Origin: Immundisolibacter sp.
Lineage (GTDB): Bacteria; Pseudomonadota; Gammaproteobacteria; Immundisolibacterales; Immundisolibacteraceae
Reading direction: 5' to 3'
Assembly (NCBI RefSeq): GCF_050250495.1
Contig: NZ_JBFWOM010000004.1
Span: 22,553 to 86,552 of the forward strand
Length of the DNA: 64,000 bases
Made by a program: the position numbers and the translations under genes. Below the pieces are notes generated by a model. The model saw nothing but the letters and a program-made list of their open reading frames with translations. It searched no databases and was not told the origin of the DNA. Positions 18,785 through 29,260 of this stretch are shown piece by piece. The first letter of the stretch is position 1. Every line of letters starts with the position of its first letter.

Positions 18785-19852
18785 TCAGGCGTCTCCCGCA
18801 GACTGCAATTTCTGCCGGCGGGTGAAGTCGAGCATCCGCTCGATCGGCAGCCGGGCGCGGGCGCCGATGGCGGGATCGACGTGAATCTCTCCAGCGCCGG
18901 TTTCGAGCGCGTGCAGCAGTGCCGTCAGGCTGTTCATGGCCATCCACGGGCAGTGCGCGCAGCTGCGGCAGGTGGCGCTCTTGCCGGCGGTCGGCGCCTC
19001 GATTAGGCGCTTGCCGGGCGCGAGCTGGCGCATCTTGTGGAAGATGCCGCGATCGGTGGCGACGATGAACTCGTCGGCGTCCATGTCGCGCACCGCCTGC
19101 ACCATGCGGCTGGTGGAGCCGACCACGTCGGCCTGGGCGATGACGCTCGCCGGCGATTCCGGGTGCACCAGCACCTTGGCTCTGGGGTGCTCGCGGCGCA
19201 GCGCTTCGAGCTCCGTGCCCTTGAACTCCTCGTGCACGATGCAGGCGCCGTCCCACAGCAGCATGTCGGCGCCGGTCTGCTCGCGGATGTAGGCGCCAAG
19301 ATGCTTGTCCGGCGCCCACAGAATCTTCTGCCCCTTCGCGTGCAGGTGGTTCACGATGTCCACCGCGCAGGACGAGGTGACCATCCAGTCGGCGCGCGCC
19401 TTCACCGCCGCCGAGGTGTTGGCATACACGACCACGGTGCGGTCCGGGTGCTGGTCGCAGAACGCGCTGAAACGATCCACCGGGCAGCCGAGATCGAGCG
19501 AGCAGGTCGCCTCCAGTTCCGGCATCAGCACGCGCTTTTCCGGGTTCAGGATCTTGGCCGTCTCGCCCATGAAGCGCACGCCCGCCACCACCAGCGTCGA
19601 GGCCGGGTGTTCATTGCCGAAACGGGCCATGTCGAGCGAGTCCGACACGTAGCCGCCGGACGATTCGGCCAGCGCCTGCAGCGCGTCATCCACGTAGTAG
19701 TGCGCCACCAGCACGGCGTCCTGCGCCTTCAGCAGCGCTCGAATGCGCGCTTCGAGCGCCGCGCGCGCGGCGCCGGCAGGCTCCGGGCGCTCCACGTCCG
19801 CGGTGCGCGGGTAGTCGTTGACCGGGGTGGCGTACTGGGTGTCGGCGGGCAT
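18785..19852 (-). CDS. nadA: Quinolinate synthase
   Basis: [54 protein letters not shown]. Confidence 0.97.
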   Translation of the reverse strand: MPADTQYATPVNDYPRTADVERPEPAGAARAALEARIRALLKAQDAVLVAHYYVDDALQALAESSGGYVSDSLDMARFGNEHPASTLVVAGVRFMGETAKILNPEKRVLMPELEATCSLDLGCPVDRFSAFCDQHPDRTVVVYANTSAAVKARADWMVTSSCAVDIVNHLHAKGQKILWAPDKHLGAYIREQTGADMLLWDGACIVHEEFKGTELEALRREHPRAKVLVHPESPASVIAQADVVGSTSRMVQAVRDMDADEFIVATDRGIFHKMRQLAPGKRLIEAPTAGKSATCRSCAHCPWMAMNSLTALLHALETGAGEIHVDPAIGARARLPIERMLDFTRRQKLQSAGDA

Positions 19853-19960
19853 GGGGGCTCCGGGCGCAGCGGAAATCGGTGCCTAGATTGGCATTCGGCG
19901 GCGCGATTGCAAGGCCGGCGCGGGAGGCGCCGGTTCATATCCGGACCGTAGCATCCATGT

Positions 19961-20034
19961 GTGGGAGGCCCGCCCTCGGGCCGAATGACGTGGCGCGGAG
20001 CTACGAAGATTCGCGGCGGGGGCGCCGCTCCCAC
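19961..20034. repeat. REP-like pair (A forward, B reverse)
   Basis: 19961-19985 GTGGGAGGCCCGCCCTCGGGCCGAA; 20010-20034 is the reverse complement of GTGGGAGCGGCGCCCCCGCCGCGAA. Confidence 0.8.
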
Positions 20035-20071
20035 AGCGATATCGCGGGCTGGTGCATCACTGAGCGCCGAG

Positions 20072-21292
20072 CTACGCGGCGACGGGGTCGAACAGCTCGA
20101 TCCAGTGCCGCACCGGCACCGGCGCCGCGGCCTCCAGGTGATGCAGGCAGCCGATGTTGGCGGTGGCGATCAGATCCGGCCCAGCCGCAGCGAGGTTGTC
20201 GAGCTTGCGCCCGCGCAGTTCGTGCGACAGCTCGCGCTGCAAGAGTGCGTAGGTGCCGGCCGCGCCGCAGCACAGATGGCCATCGGCGACCGGCAGCAGC
20301 TCGAATCCCGCCCGCCGCAGCAGGCCCTCCACCACGCCCGACAGGCGCTGGCCGTGCTGGAGCGTGCAGGGGCTCTGGAAGGCAATGCGGCGCGGCGCGT
20401 CCCGTGCTGGCGTGAGGCCGGCGACATCCTCGGCGGCGATGACCTGCGACAGATCGCGCGCCAGCGCCGAAACCCGCGCTGCGCGGTCCGCGTAGACGGG
20501 GTCGTCCGCCAGCAGGCGGCCGTAGTCCTTCACCTGCACGGCGCAGCCGCTGGCGGTGACGACGATCGCCTCGGCGCCCGCCGCGATCTGCGGCCACCAG
20601 GCGTCGATGTTGCGGCGCATGAAATCGCGCGCTTCGCCGGTGGCGGTGAGGTGGTGGCTGATGGCGCCGCAGCAGCCGGCAGCGGGGGCGGTTTCCAGCG
20701 TGATGCCGAGCTGGTCGAGCACACGTTGCGCGGCGGCGTTGATGCGCGGTGCCAGGGCGTCCTGCACGCAGCCGGCAAGCAGCAGCATGCGGCGCGTGTG
20801 ACGCGCGGTCGGACGCGGCCCCGCGGCCTGCGCAGACGGGATCATTGCCTTGAGTGTTGCCGGCAGCAGCGGACGCAGCGTGCGACCTACGCCAAGCAGG
20901 GCCCCGAAGCGGCCCGGGTGGGGCAATACGGCCCGCAGCGCGCGGCGTAACAGGCGTTCGGGCGCGCCACGCGGCACCGCCCGCTCGGCAAGCTCCCGGC
21001 CAAAGTCGAGCACGCGCCCGTACTCGACGCCGGCCGGGCAGGTGGTCTCGCAGGCCCGGCAGGTGAGGCAACGGTCGAGGTGGGATTGCAGGCTCGCCGG
21101 CACGGCGCCGGTCTCGATGGCGCCCTTGATCTGGTAGATGCGCCCGCGCGGGCCGTCGAGCTCGTCCCGGCGCACCTGGAACGTGGGGCAGGTAACGTTG
21201 CAGAACCCGCAGTGCACGCACTTGCGCACGATGCGCTCGACGGCTGCACCCTCGGCGCTGGCGCGCACGTGTGCCGGAAATCGCGTCTGCAT
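20072..21292 (-). CDS. glcF: Glycolate oxidase iron-sulfur subunit
   Basis: CVHCGFCNVTCPT, DGPRGRIY, CLTCRACETTCP, two CCG domains (GCCGAISHH, LCCGAAGTY), TANIGC. Confidence 0.92.
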   Translation of the reverse strand: MQTRFPAHVRASAEGAAVERIVRKCVHCGFCNVTCPTFQVRRDELDGPRGRIYQIKGAIETGAVPASLQSHLDRCLTCRACETTCPAGVEYGRVLDFGRELAERAVPRGAPERLLRRALRAVLPHPGRFGALLGVGRTLRPLLPATLKAMIPSAQAAGPRPTARHTRRMLLLAGCVQDALAPRINAAAQRVLDQLGITLETAPAAGCCGAISHHLTATGEARDFMRRNIDAWWPQIAAGAEAIVVTASGCAVQVKDYGRLLADDPVYADRAARVSALARDLSQVIAAEDVAGLTPARDAPRRIAFQSPCTLQHGQRLSGVVEGLLRRAGFELLPVADGHLCCGAAGTYALLQRELSHELRGRKLDNLAAAGPDLIATANIGCLHHLEAAAPVPVRHWIELFDPVAA

Positions 21293-21362
21293 GAACTCCC
21301 CAGGGACTGGCTCGCCGCGCGGCGGGCGCCAACCTTAGCAGCTTGCCGCAGCGCGTTCCGGG

Positions 21363-22394
21363 CTATAGCGCAGGCGCCACCTGCGGCAGCATGGGCGCCG
21401 GCACGAACGACGGCACCTCGCCCGCGGCGCGGCGCTCGGCCGGCCAGCGTGCACTCACGTGAAAGGACGGTGCGGTGCCCTGCCCTGCGTCGGCGCTGGG
21501 TGCGCTGGCGGACATGATGCCGAGCGCGCTCGGCAGCTCGTGCGGCAGGCGCAGGCCAACGTCGTCCGGGCCCTGCCTGGCCCGCGTCAGGTACTGCTCA
21601 CGGGCGGCGCCCGCGTCCGGCGTGGCGAGCACCACCAGCACCACTCGCCGGTTGCGCGTGCGGCCGTCCTCGCTGGCGTTGTCGGCAATCGGCCTGTACT
21701 CGCCGTAGCCCGCCAGCGACAGGCGCAGCGGGTCGATGCCGCGCTCCAGCAGGCGGTGCACCATGCTGCCGGCGCGCGCGGCCGACAGGTCCCAGTTGGA
21801 CCGGAACTGGCTGGTGCTGATGGGCACGTTGTCGGTGTAGCCCTCGACGCGCATGGCGTTCGGCACCGTGGACAGGATGTCGACCACCCGGTCGACGATC
21901 GGCAGCGCGTCGGTGCGCACCTCGGCCCGGCCGGAGTCGAACAACACCGCCGAGCGGATTTCGAGTTCCAGCCACTGGCGGCCCTCGCGAATGCTGACCA
22001 GCTCCTCGGCGATCAGCGGCCCGAAGGCCTGCGCCAGCTCGTTGGCCACCTGTTCCAGGGCTGCCTTCCCGTCGCCATCGCCCCCACCGGCGCCACTCTG
22101 GGCCTTCTTGCGGGACGCTTCGATCACGCGGTTCTGCGCCATCGGCGGCAGCTCGACCGCCATGCCGGACGGGCTCTTGACGATGTTGCCGATCTGGATC
22201 GGCATCAGCGACTTGGTCGGCGAGCGAAACGCCGCGATCATCGAGTCCGACAGCACGCGGTACTTGCCCTCGTTGACCGACGACACGGAGTACATCACGA
22301 CGAAGAACGCGAACAGCAGCGTGATGAAGTCGGCGTACGAGACCAGCCACCGTTCGTGGTTCTCGTGCTCCTCGTGCTTTTTCTTGCGGGCCAC
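21363..22394 (-). CDS. motD: Flagellar motor stator protein MotD/MotB (OmpA-like domain)
   Basis: HEEHENHERWLVSYADFITLLFAFFVVMY, VEGYTD, NWDLSAARA, NRRV. Confidence 0.92.
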   Translation of the reverse strand: MARKKKHEEHENHERWLVSYADFITLLFAFFVVMYSVSSVNEGKYRVLSDSMIAAFRSPTKSLMPIQIGNIVKSPSGMAVELPPMAQNRVIEASRKKAQSGAGGGDGDGKAALEQVANELAQAFGPLIAEELVSIREGRQWLELEIRSAVLFDSGRAEVRTDALPIVDRVVDILSTVPNAMRVEGYTDNVPISTSQFRSNWDLSAARAGSMVHRLLERGIDPLRLSLAGYGEYRPIADNASEDGRTRNRRVVLVVLATPDAGAAREQYLTRARQGPDDVGLRLPHELPSALGIMSASAPSADAGQGTAPSFHVSARWPAERRAAGEVPSFVPAPMLPQVAPAL

Positions 22395-22404
22395 GGCGGC
22401 AGGC

Positions 22405-23145
22405 TCAGTGCAGGTAGCCGTGCAGCTTCATTTCGATGTTGCGCGGGTTCTCGCCGGCGGCGATGGCCGCCAGCCCTTCGATGGTCAGCTCCTTGAACTG
22501 GCTGCGGTGGTGCACCACGCCCTTGATCTTGGTGGCCATCGGCAGGAAGAACAGGTTGGCGAGCGCCACGCCGTAGATGGTGGCGACGAAGGCCACCGCG
22601 ATGCCGCCGCCGAGCTTGCTCGGGTCCGACAGGTTCTCCATCACGTGGATGAGACCCATCACGGCGCCGATGATGCCGATGGTCGGCGAGTAACCGCCGA
22701 AGCCGTCGTACACCTTGGCGGCAGTGTTCTCCTGGTGCTCGGCCGCGGACAGCTCCACTTCCAGCACGCCGCGGATGGTATCCGGCTCGCTGCCGTCGAC
22801 CAGCAGTTGCAGGCCCTTCTTCAGGAAGGGATCGGTCTCGGCCTCGGATGCAGTTTCGAGCCCCAGCAGGCCCTCGCGGCGGGCCACATTGCCCCACTCG
22901 ACGATCTTGTCTATGGCGCCCTTGAAATCGAGCTTGGGCGGCATGAACACCCAGCCCGCCATCTTGAGCGCATTCAAGAAAATCGGCAGCGGGGTTTGCA
23001 CCATCACCGCGCCGACCGTACCGCCGCCGACGATCAGGAACGCCGTCGGCTGCACCAGCGAGCTCAGGTGCCCGCCTTCGAGCGCGTTGCCGCCGATGAT
23101 GGCCAGGAACGCCATCACCACACCGGCGAAACTCAAAATGTCCAT
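22405..23145 (-). CDS. motC: Flagellar motor stator protein MotC/MotA
   Basis: MDILS...GGNALEGGH, ARREGLLGLE, GGYSPTIGIIGAVMGLI, AFVATIYG. Confidence 0.92.
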   Translation of the reverse strand: MDILSFAGVVMAFLAIIGGNALEGGHLSSLVQPTAFLIVGGGTVGAVMVQTPLPIFLNALKMAGWVFMPPKLDFKGAIDKIVEWGNVARREGLLGLETASEAETDPFLKKGLQLLVDGSEPDTIRGVLEVELSAAEHQENTAAKVYDGFGGYSPTIGIIGAVMGLIHVMENLSDPSKLGGGIAVAFVATIYGVALANLFFLPMATKIKGVVHHRSQFKELTIEGLAAIAAGENPRNIEMKLHGYLH

Positions 23146-23171
23146 GGGTCAGACCTCGTGCCGCCGGGCGC

Positions 23172-23912
23172 TCAGGCGCCGCCGCCCAGGCGCGCGCGCA
23201 GCCGCACCAATGCCTGACCGTGGATCTGGCACACGCGCGACTCGCTCACGCCGAGCACCTCGCCGATCTCGCGCAGGTTCAGCTCCTGCTCGTAGTAGAG
23301 CGACATCACCAGCTTCTCGCGGGGCGGCAGCAGGTCCACGGCGGCGGCGATGCTGGCGCGCAGGTTGTCTTCCTCCACCTGCGCCTGCGGGCCGGGCCCG
23401 CTGTCGGCAATGCCGTTCTCCCACGGCTCGTCTTCTTCGTTGCCGAGGTCGGCAAAGCGCACCACGCCGAACTCGGACGCCTCGCGCACCAGCGTGTAGT
23501 AGCTGTCGAGATCCATGCCGAGGTGCCGGGCGATCGCCTCCGGCGAAGCCTCGCCGCCGAGTTCGCGCTCGGCCGCGCGCGTCGCCTCGGTGAGCTGACG
23601 CAGCTTGCGCAGCGCCGTGCGCGGCAGCCAGCCGCCGCGGCGCAGCTCGTCGAGCATGGTGCCGCGGATGCGGATGCCGGCGTAGGTCTCGAAGCTCGCG
23701 CCCTGGCTGTCGTCGAAACGCCGGGCGGCCTCCATCAGGCCGATCATGCCGGCCTGGATGAGATCGTCCACCAGCACGCTCGCCGGCAGGCGCGCCAGCA
23801 GGTGATAGGCGATGCGCTTGACCAGCGGCGCGTGCAGGTGCACCAGGCGGTCCACCTCCTTGGCCGAAACCTCCGGGCTGGCGGTTTTCTTGTAAGCCAG
23901 AACTGCGCTCAT
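23172..23912 (-). CDS. fliA: RNA polymerase sigma-28 factor
   Basis: PLVKRIAYHL, DDLIQAGMIGL, FETYAGIRIRG.MLDELR, LYYEQELNLREIGEVLGVSESRVCQIH. Confidence 0.97.
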   Translation of the reverse strand: MSAVLAYKKTASPEVSAKEVDRLVHLHAPLVKRIAYHLLARLPASVLVDDLIQAGMIGLMEAARRFDDSQGASFETYAGIRIRGTMLDELRRGGWLPRTALRKLRQLTEATRAAERELGGEASPEAIARHLGMDLDSYYTLVREASEFGVVRFADLGNEEDEPWENGIADSGPGPQAQVEEDNLRASIAAAVDLLPPREKLVMSLYYEQELNLREIGEVLGVSESRVCQIHGQALVRLRARLGGGA

Positions 23913-24790
23913 GCCGAACCTCCCAACGCAACCTCACGGGGCTGCACCACACGCTCGAAGAAGAACTCCAGATGTCCACTCGCGCCGCGCGGGCGCGGCC
24001 AGCGCTCCACCTGCTCCGCCAGCTGGCGCAGCGCGAACGCCGCCGGGCTGCGCGGGTAGGCCTCCAGCACCGACGCGCGCTGTTGCACGGCCCGGCGCAG
24101 GTAGTCGTCGAACGGCACCACGCCGGCGAACTCCAGCACCACGTCGAGGTACTGGTCGCACACGGCGAGCAGCTTGCCGAACAGCTCGCGCCCGTCGCGG
24201 GCGCGACGGACCATGTTGGCGAGCACTCGGAACCGGCTCACACCGTGCTGGGTGCTCAGCAGCTTGATCAGGGCGTAGGCGTCGGTCAGCGAGGCCGGCT
24301 CGTCGCACACCACCACCAGCACCTCCTGCGCGGCGCGGGCGAAGCTCATCACCTGTTCCGATACGCCGGCCGCGGTATCCACCAGCAGCACGTCAAGATC
24401 GGCCGCCAGTTGCCCGAAGGCGTGGATGAGGCCGCCGTACGCCGCCGGCGGCAGGTCCGCCATGCCGGGCACGCCGGACGCCGCCGGCACGATGCGAAGT
24501 CCGGCCGGGCCATCGAGGATGATCTCGTCGAGCTCGCGCTCGCCGCGCAGCACGTGCTCCAGCGTGTAGCGCGGCTTCAGGCCCAGCAGCACGTCCACGT
24601 TGGCGAGGCTGAGATCGGCGTCCAGCAGCATCACGCCGCGCCCGCGCTGGGCGAGCGCCACGCCAAGGTTGACGGACACATTGGTCTTGCCGACGCCGCC
24701 CTTGCCGCCGGTGACGGCGATCACCTGCACCGGGCGGGCCGCGCGCAGGCCGCGCAGTCCCTGCGCCTGATCGAAAGCGGCCTCAAGCAT
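23909..24790 (-). CDS. flhG: MinD-like flagellar number regulator FlhG/FleN
   Basis: VTGGKGGVGKTN, DADLSLANVDVLLG, DEPASLTDAYALIK. Confidence 0.93.
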   Translation of the reverse strand: MLEAAFDQAQGLRGLRAARPVQVIAVTGGKGGVGKTNVSVNLGVALAQRGRGVMLLDADLSLANVDVLLGLKPRYTLEHVLRGERELDEIILDGPAGLRIVPAASGVPGMADLPPAAYGGLIHAFGQLAADLDVLLVDTAAGVSEQVMSFARAAQEVLVVVCDEPASLTDAYALIKLLSTQHGVSRFRVLANMVRRARDGRELFGKLLAVCDQYLDVVLEFAGVVPFDDYLRRAVQQRASVLEAYPRSPAAFALRQLAEQVERWPRPRGASGHLEFFFERVVQPREVALGGSA

Positions 24791-25985
24791 GGGCAGCCAC
24801 CCGCTGCGGCCGGACGATCGGCGCCGGACTGACCTGCGGTGAGCGCACCGTGCGTGCCTGCACGCGCTGTGCGGCGAGGCTCACCAGATCCCGCGCCCGC
24901 GCCGGGCGCAGATCCTCCGGCACGCGCTGGCCGTCGGTGACACAGGCAATCGGCAGGCCGTGGCGAATCACCGCCGACAGCGTGCCGCCGAGGCTCGGGC
25001 ACTCGTCGAGCTTGGTCAGCACGCAGCCGGCGAGCGGCAGCGCGCCGAACGTGGTGATGGTTTCGTCCAGCATGGTCTCGTGGGCGTTACTCGCCAGCGT
25101 GAGGTAGCCGCGCAGGCCCTCGCGGCGCAGGCTCGCCAGCGCCTCGCCCAGGCGCAGGTCGCGCTGGCTCATGCCGGCGGTGTCGACCAGCACCAGGCGC
25201 TTGTTGGCGAGCGCCGCGAGTGCCGTCGCCAGATCGTCTGCCGAGTCGACCATCTGCACCGGCACGCCGAGCAGGCGGCCGTAGTTCTGAAGCTGTTCGT
25301 GGGCACCGACGCGGTAGTTGTCGGTGGTCAGCAGGCCAAGATGCCGGGCGCCGTGCTCACGCACGAAGCGCGCGGCGAGCTTGGCTACCGTGGTGGTCTT
25401 GCCGACGCCGGTCGGCCCGAGCAGCGCCACCACACCCCCTTCGGCCAGCATGTCGTCGCTCGCGATCGGGATGCGGGCGACCAGATGCTGGCCCAGCAAC
25501 TCGCGCCAGGCAGCGCCCATGTCCTGTGTGTCGCCAAGCTGGCCAAGCAACTCGCCGATCAGCGCCGGGGCGAGACCGAGCTGTTCCAGGTGCTGCGCGA
25601 GCTGCGCCTCAAGCGGCGTGCGCCGCAGCGCCGCCGACTGCCGCAATTCCGCCTCCAGCAGCGCGCGCAGGTTGGTGAGCTCGCTGCGCAGTTGCGAGAT
25701 GGCCGGGTCGACCGCCCAGGCGAGGCGGTCGAGATCGGCCGGAGCCCGCAGCTCGTCGCTCGCCGCGCGCGGCAATTCCCGGCCGGTGCCGGCCGGCAAG
25801 GCGTCGCCGTCGCCGGCCGCCGCCAGGCGCTCCACCAACGCCGCGTCGTAGTCGTCCGCCGCGATCACCTCGACGCCGTCCGGCAGGCGGCGGCTCGACA
25901 GGATCACCGCCTGCGCACCCTGCGCCTGACGCACCTGGTGCAGGGCCCGGCGCATGTCCGGGGCGCTGTAGCGCTTGATCTGCAT
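24783..25985 (-). CDS. flhF: Flagellar SRP-like GTPase
   Basis: Start at MQIKRY. GPTGVGKTTT, TTDNYRVGA.EQL, DTAG, TKLDE, GQRVPEDL. Confidence 0.95.
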   Translation of the reverse strand: MQIKRYSAPDMRRALHQVRQAQGAQAVILSSRRLPDGVEVIAADDYDAALVERLAAAGDGDALPAGTGRELPRAASDELRAPADLDRLAWAVDPAISQLRSELTNLRALLEAELRQSAALRRTPLEAQLAQHLEQLGLAPALIGELLGQLGDTQDMGAAWRELLGQHLVARIPIASDDMLAEGGVVALLGPTGVGKTTTVAKLAARFVREHGARHLGLLTTDNYRVGAHEQLQNYGRLLGVPVQMVDSADDLATALAALANKRLVLVDTAGMSQRDLRLGEALASLRREGLRGYLTLASNAHETMLDETITTFGALPLAGCVLTKLDECPSLGGTLSAVIRHGLPIACVTDGQRVPEDLRPARARDLVSLAAQRVQARTVRSPQVSPAPIVRPQRVAAHA

Positions 25986-26013
25986 ACCCGTATCTCCGTG
26001 TCGTGGTGGACGC

Positions 26014-28101
26014 TCAGCGTCCACCGATGTTCGCGACCACCCGCACCTGGCGGTTCTCCGGCAGCTCCTCGTAGGCCAGCACCTTGAGGTCCACCGCCAG
26101 GTGCCGCACGAAGCGCGCCAGCCACAGCCGCAGCGCGTTCGGCGCCACCAGCACCGCCGGCTGGCCCAGCAGTTCCTGGCGCTGCGCCGCGTCGGCCAGC
26201 AGGCCCCGCAGGCGCTCGGCAAGTCCAGGCTCCAGTCCCAGCGCGCCGTCGCCGCCCTGCACGGCTTTTAGCAACAGGCGTTCCAGATCGGGGTCAAGCG
26301 TCATCAGTGCTAGCTCTGCGGCCATTCCGAAGATCTCCTGCACGATGCCGCGGCCGATCGCCACCCGCACCAGCGCCGTCAGAACGTCGGGATCCTGACT
26401 GCGCGCGCCGTGCTCCGCCAAAGACTCGGCGATGGTCCGCAGATCGCGGATCGGCACGCCCTCTTGGAGGAGATTCCGCAGCACGCGCAGCACCGTGCCG
26501 AGCGGCAGCACCTTCGGCGTGAGGTTCTCGACCAGCTTCGGCGCCTGCGCGGCGAGCCGATCGAGCAGCTGCTGCACTTCCTCGTGGCCGAGGAGTTCAT
26601 GGGCTGATTTGGTCAGCACCTGCGACAGGTGCGTCGCCACTACGGTGGCGGCGTCGACCACGGTGTAGCCCGCCATCTGCGCCTGCTCGCGAAGACCCCT
26701 CTCGATCCACAGCGCGTCGAGGCCGAAGCTCGGGTCCTTGGTGGCGATGCCCGGCACCGGCGTCGTGACGTGCCCCGGGTTGATGGCCAGATCCCGCTCC
26801 GGCATCAGCTCGCCCTGCCCGGCCGTGGCGCCCATCAGCGTGATGCGGTAACCGCCCGGCGGCAGGTCCAGGTTGTCGCGGATGTGCACCGGCTGCAGCA
26901 GGAAGCCGAGTTCCTTCGACAGCTTCTTGCGCACGCCCTTGATGCGCGCCAGCAGCTCGCCGCCCTGCGCCTTGTCGACCATCGGGATCAGTCGATAGCC
27001 GACTTCGAGGCCCACCAGGTCCACGCCGGCCACCTCGTCCCAGCCGAGTTCCTTGTGCTCCTCGGGCGCCGGCAGGGCCTGACCGTCGGCGGTCTTGTCC
27101 GCCGCAGGCGCGGCCGTGCGACGCTGGTGCAGCCGCCAGGCCGCCCAGCCAAGACCACCGCCCAGGCTCAGAAACGCGAAGTGCGGCATGCCCGGCACCA
27201 GCCCCAGCACGCCAACCAGGCCGCCCGCGATGCCGAGCGCGGTCGGGTTCGCCAGCAACTGGTTGCTGACCTGCGTGGAGACGTTGGCCGACTGCGACAC
27301 GCGCGTCACCAGGATCGCCGCCGCCACCGACAGCAGCAGCGACGGCACCTGCGCCACCAAACCATCGCCGATGGTCAGCAGGCTGAACACGCGCAGCGCA
27401 TCGCCGGCCGCCATGCCGTGCTGGCCCATGCCGATGGCGATGCCGCCCAGGATGTTGATGACCAGAATCAGCACGCCGGCCATGGCGTCGCCGCGCACGA
27501 ATTTGCTCGCGCCGTCCATGGCGCCGTAGAAGTCGGCTTCCTGGCGCACTTCCTCGCGCCGTGTCTGCGCCTGCTGCTGGTTGATGATGCCGGCCGAAAG
27601 GTCCGCATCGATCGCCATCTGCTTGCCGGGCATGGCGTCCAGCGTGAAGCGGGCGTTGACTTCCGACACGCGCCCGGCGCCCTTGGTGACCACCGCGAAG
27701 TTGATGATCATGAGGATGATGAACACGATCAGACCGACCGCGTAGTTGCCGCCCATCACGAACGCGCCAAACGCCTCGATCACATGCCCGGCCGCCCCCG
27801 GCCCGGTGTGGCCGTGCAGCAACACCAGACGCGTGGAGGCGACGTTGAGCGCCAGGCGCAGCAATGTGGCGACCAGCAGCAGCGTCGGGAACACCGCAAA
27901 GTCGAGCGGGCGCAGCGCGTACACCGCCACCAGCAGCACCACCAGCGACAGCGCGATGTTGAACGTGAACAGCAGGTCCAGCAGCAGCGGCGGCAGCGGG
28001 ATCAGCATCATGCCGAGCAGCGTCAGCACCAGCAGCGGCGTGCCGAGGCCAAGCCCCGCCAGCGCGCGCCAGTTGCCCATGCGAAGCGTTGCAGTCGTCA
28101 C
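26014..28101 (-). CDS. flhA: Flagellar export protein FlhA
   Basis: GTG start with GAGGAG RBS. RFTLDAMPGKQMAIDADL, FYGAMDGASKFVRGDA, TIGDGLVAQ.P. Confidence 0.97.
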   Translation of the reverse strand: MTTATLRMGNWRALAGLGLGTPLLVLTLLGMMLIPLPPLLLDLLFTFNIALSLVVLLVAVYALRPLDFAVFPTLLLVATLLRLALNVASTRLVLLHGHTGPGAAGHVIEAFGAFVMGGNYAVGLIVFIILMIINFAVVTKGAGRVSEVNARFTLDAMPGKQMAIDADLSAGIINQQQAQTRREEVRQEADFYGAMDGASKFVRGDAMAGVLILVINILGGIAIGMGQHGMAAGDALRVFSLLTIGDGLVAQVPSLLLSVAAAILVTRVSQSANVSTQVSNQLLANPTALGIAGGLVGVLGLVPGMPHFAFLSLGGGLGWAAWRLHQRRTAAPAADKTADGQALPAPEEHKELGWDEVAGVDLVGLEVGYRLIPMVDKAQGGELLARIKGVRKKLSKELGFLLQPVHIRDNLDLPPGGYRITLMGATAGQGELMPERDLAINPGHVTTPVPGIATKDPSFGLDALWIERGLREQAQMAGYTVVDAATVVATHLSQVLTKSAHELLGHEEVQQLLDRLAAQAPKLVENLTPKVLPLGTVLRVLRNLLQEGVPIRDLRTIAESLAEHGARSQDPDVLTALVRVAIGRGIVQEIFGMAAELALMTLDPDLERLLLKAVQGGDGALGLEPGLAERLRGLLADAAQRQELLGQPAVLVAPNALRLWLARFVRHLAVDLKVLAYEELPENRQVRVVANIGGR

Positions 28102-28122
28102 GTCAGGTTCTCCTCAAGACCG

Positions 28123-29259
28123 TCAATGCGCCACGCCGCCGCGTGGACGTTGCAGTTCGTCCGGCACGGCGAGCGCCGGCAGGTCGCCAAGGCCGTGCTG
28201 GCCGGCGCGCAGCTGGTACACCCAGGCCAGCACCTGCGCCACCACGGTGTACAGCTCGCGCGGCACCTCGGCGCCGAGCTTTGTCGTGTAGAACAGCGCG
28301 CGCGCCAGCGGCGGCTGCTCCAGGATCGGCACGCCGTGCTCCCTGGCCGCGGCGCGAATCTGCTGCGCGACAAGATCCGCGCCCTTGGCGACCAGCCGCG
28401 GCGCGCCGTCGGCGCCCACGTCGTAGCGCAGCGCCACCGCGTAGTGGGTGGGGTTGGTGATGACGACGGACGCCTTCGGGATGTCCTGCATCATCCGGCG
28501 GCGGGACAGCTCCTGCTGGCGCTGGCGGATGCGCCCGCGCACCTCCGGCCGGCCCTCGGATTCCTTCATCTCGTCCTTGATGTCCTGGCGCGTCATGCGC
28601 AGCTGCTTGGCGTGGTTCCAGAGCTGGAACGGCACGTCCACGGCGGCGATCAGCAACAGGCCCAGCGCGGTCACAAAAAACGCCTTCGCGGACAGACCGA
28701 GCGCGTGCACGATGGCGCCCGGCATCGGCTCGCTGCCGAGCGCGAGCAGCGCCGGCGCCATCTGCCGCACCACCAGCCACGCGATGCCGCCCAGCACCAC
28801 AAACTTGGCGAGCGCCTTGCCCGTCTCGACCGCACCCTGCGCCGAGAACACGCGCTTGAGGCCCTTGGCCGGGTCCAGGCGCTCGAACTTCGGCGCGAGG
28901 TTCTCGGCCGACAGCAGAAAGCCACCCAGCAGCATCGGCGCCGCCGTGGCGATCACCAATGCCAGCAACAGCCACGGCGCGAGCGCCCACAGCGCCTGCC
29001 CGCTGGCGGCGCCGAGGTGCGACACGAGCGCCGCCGGGTCGAGCGCCGCGGCGCGATCGATGGTGAAACCGCCGCGCATCAGGTCGATGAATACCGACCC
29101 CAGATGCCCGCCGAGCGCCCACAGGCCGCCCGCGCCCAGCAGCACCAGCGCGGCGGAGTTCAGTTCCCGCGAGCGGGCGATCTGGCCCTTGTCCCGCGCG
29201 TCCTTAAGACGCTTGGGCGTGGCCTTTTCTGTGCGTTCCTGCCCGGTCTCTTCGGCCAT
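28123..29259 (-). CDS. flhB: Flagellar export protein FlhB
   Basis: QERTEKATPKRL, SEGRPEVR, NPTH autocleavage motif, AKGAD. Confidence 0.97.
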   Translation of the reverse strand: MAEETGQERTEKATPKRLKDARDKGQIARSRELNSAALVLLGAGGLWALGGHLGSVFIDLMRGGFTIDRAAALDPAALVSHLGAASGQALWALAPWLLLALVIATAAPMLLGGFLLSAENLAPKFERLDPAKGLKRVFSAQGAVETGKALAKFVVLGGIAWLVVRQMAPALLALGSEPMPGAIVHALGLSAKAFFVTALGLLLIAAVDVPFQLWNHAKQLRMTRQDIKDEMKESEGRPEVRGRIRQRQQELSRRRMMQDIPKASVVITNPTHYAVALRYDVGADGAPRLVAKGADLVAQQIRAAAREHGVPILEQPPLARALFYTTKLGAEVPRELYTVVAQVLAWVYQLRAGQHGLGDLPALAVPDELQRPRGGVAH

Positions 29260-29260
29260 C

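Noticed and set aside
21363-21600. Ala/Pro-rich C-terminal tail of MotD
   Set aside because: Variable low-complexity tails are common in MotB/MotD; no motif or frameshift evidence.
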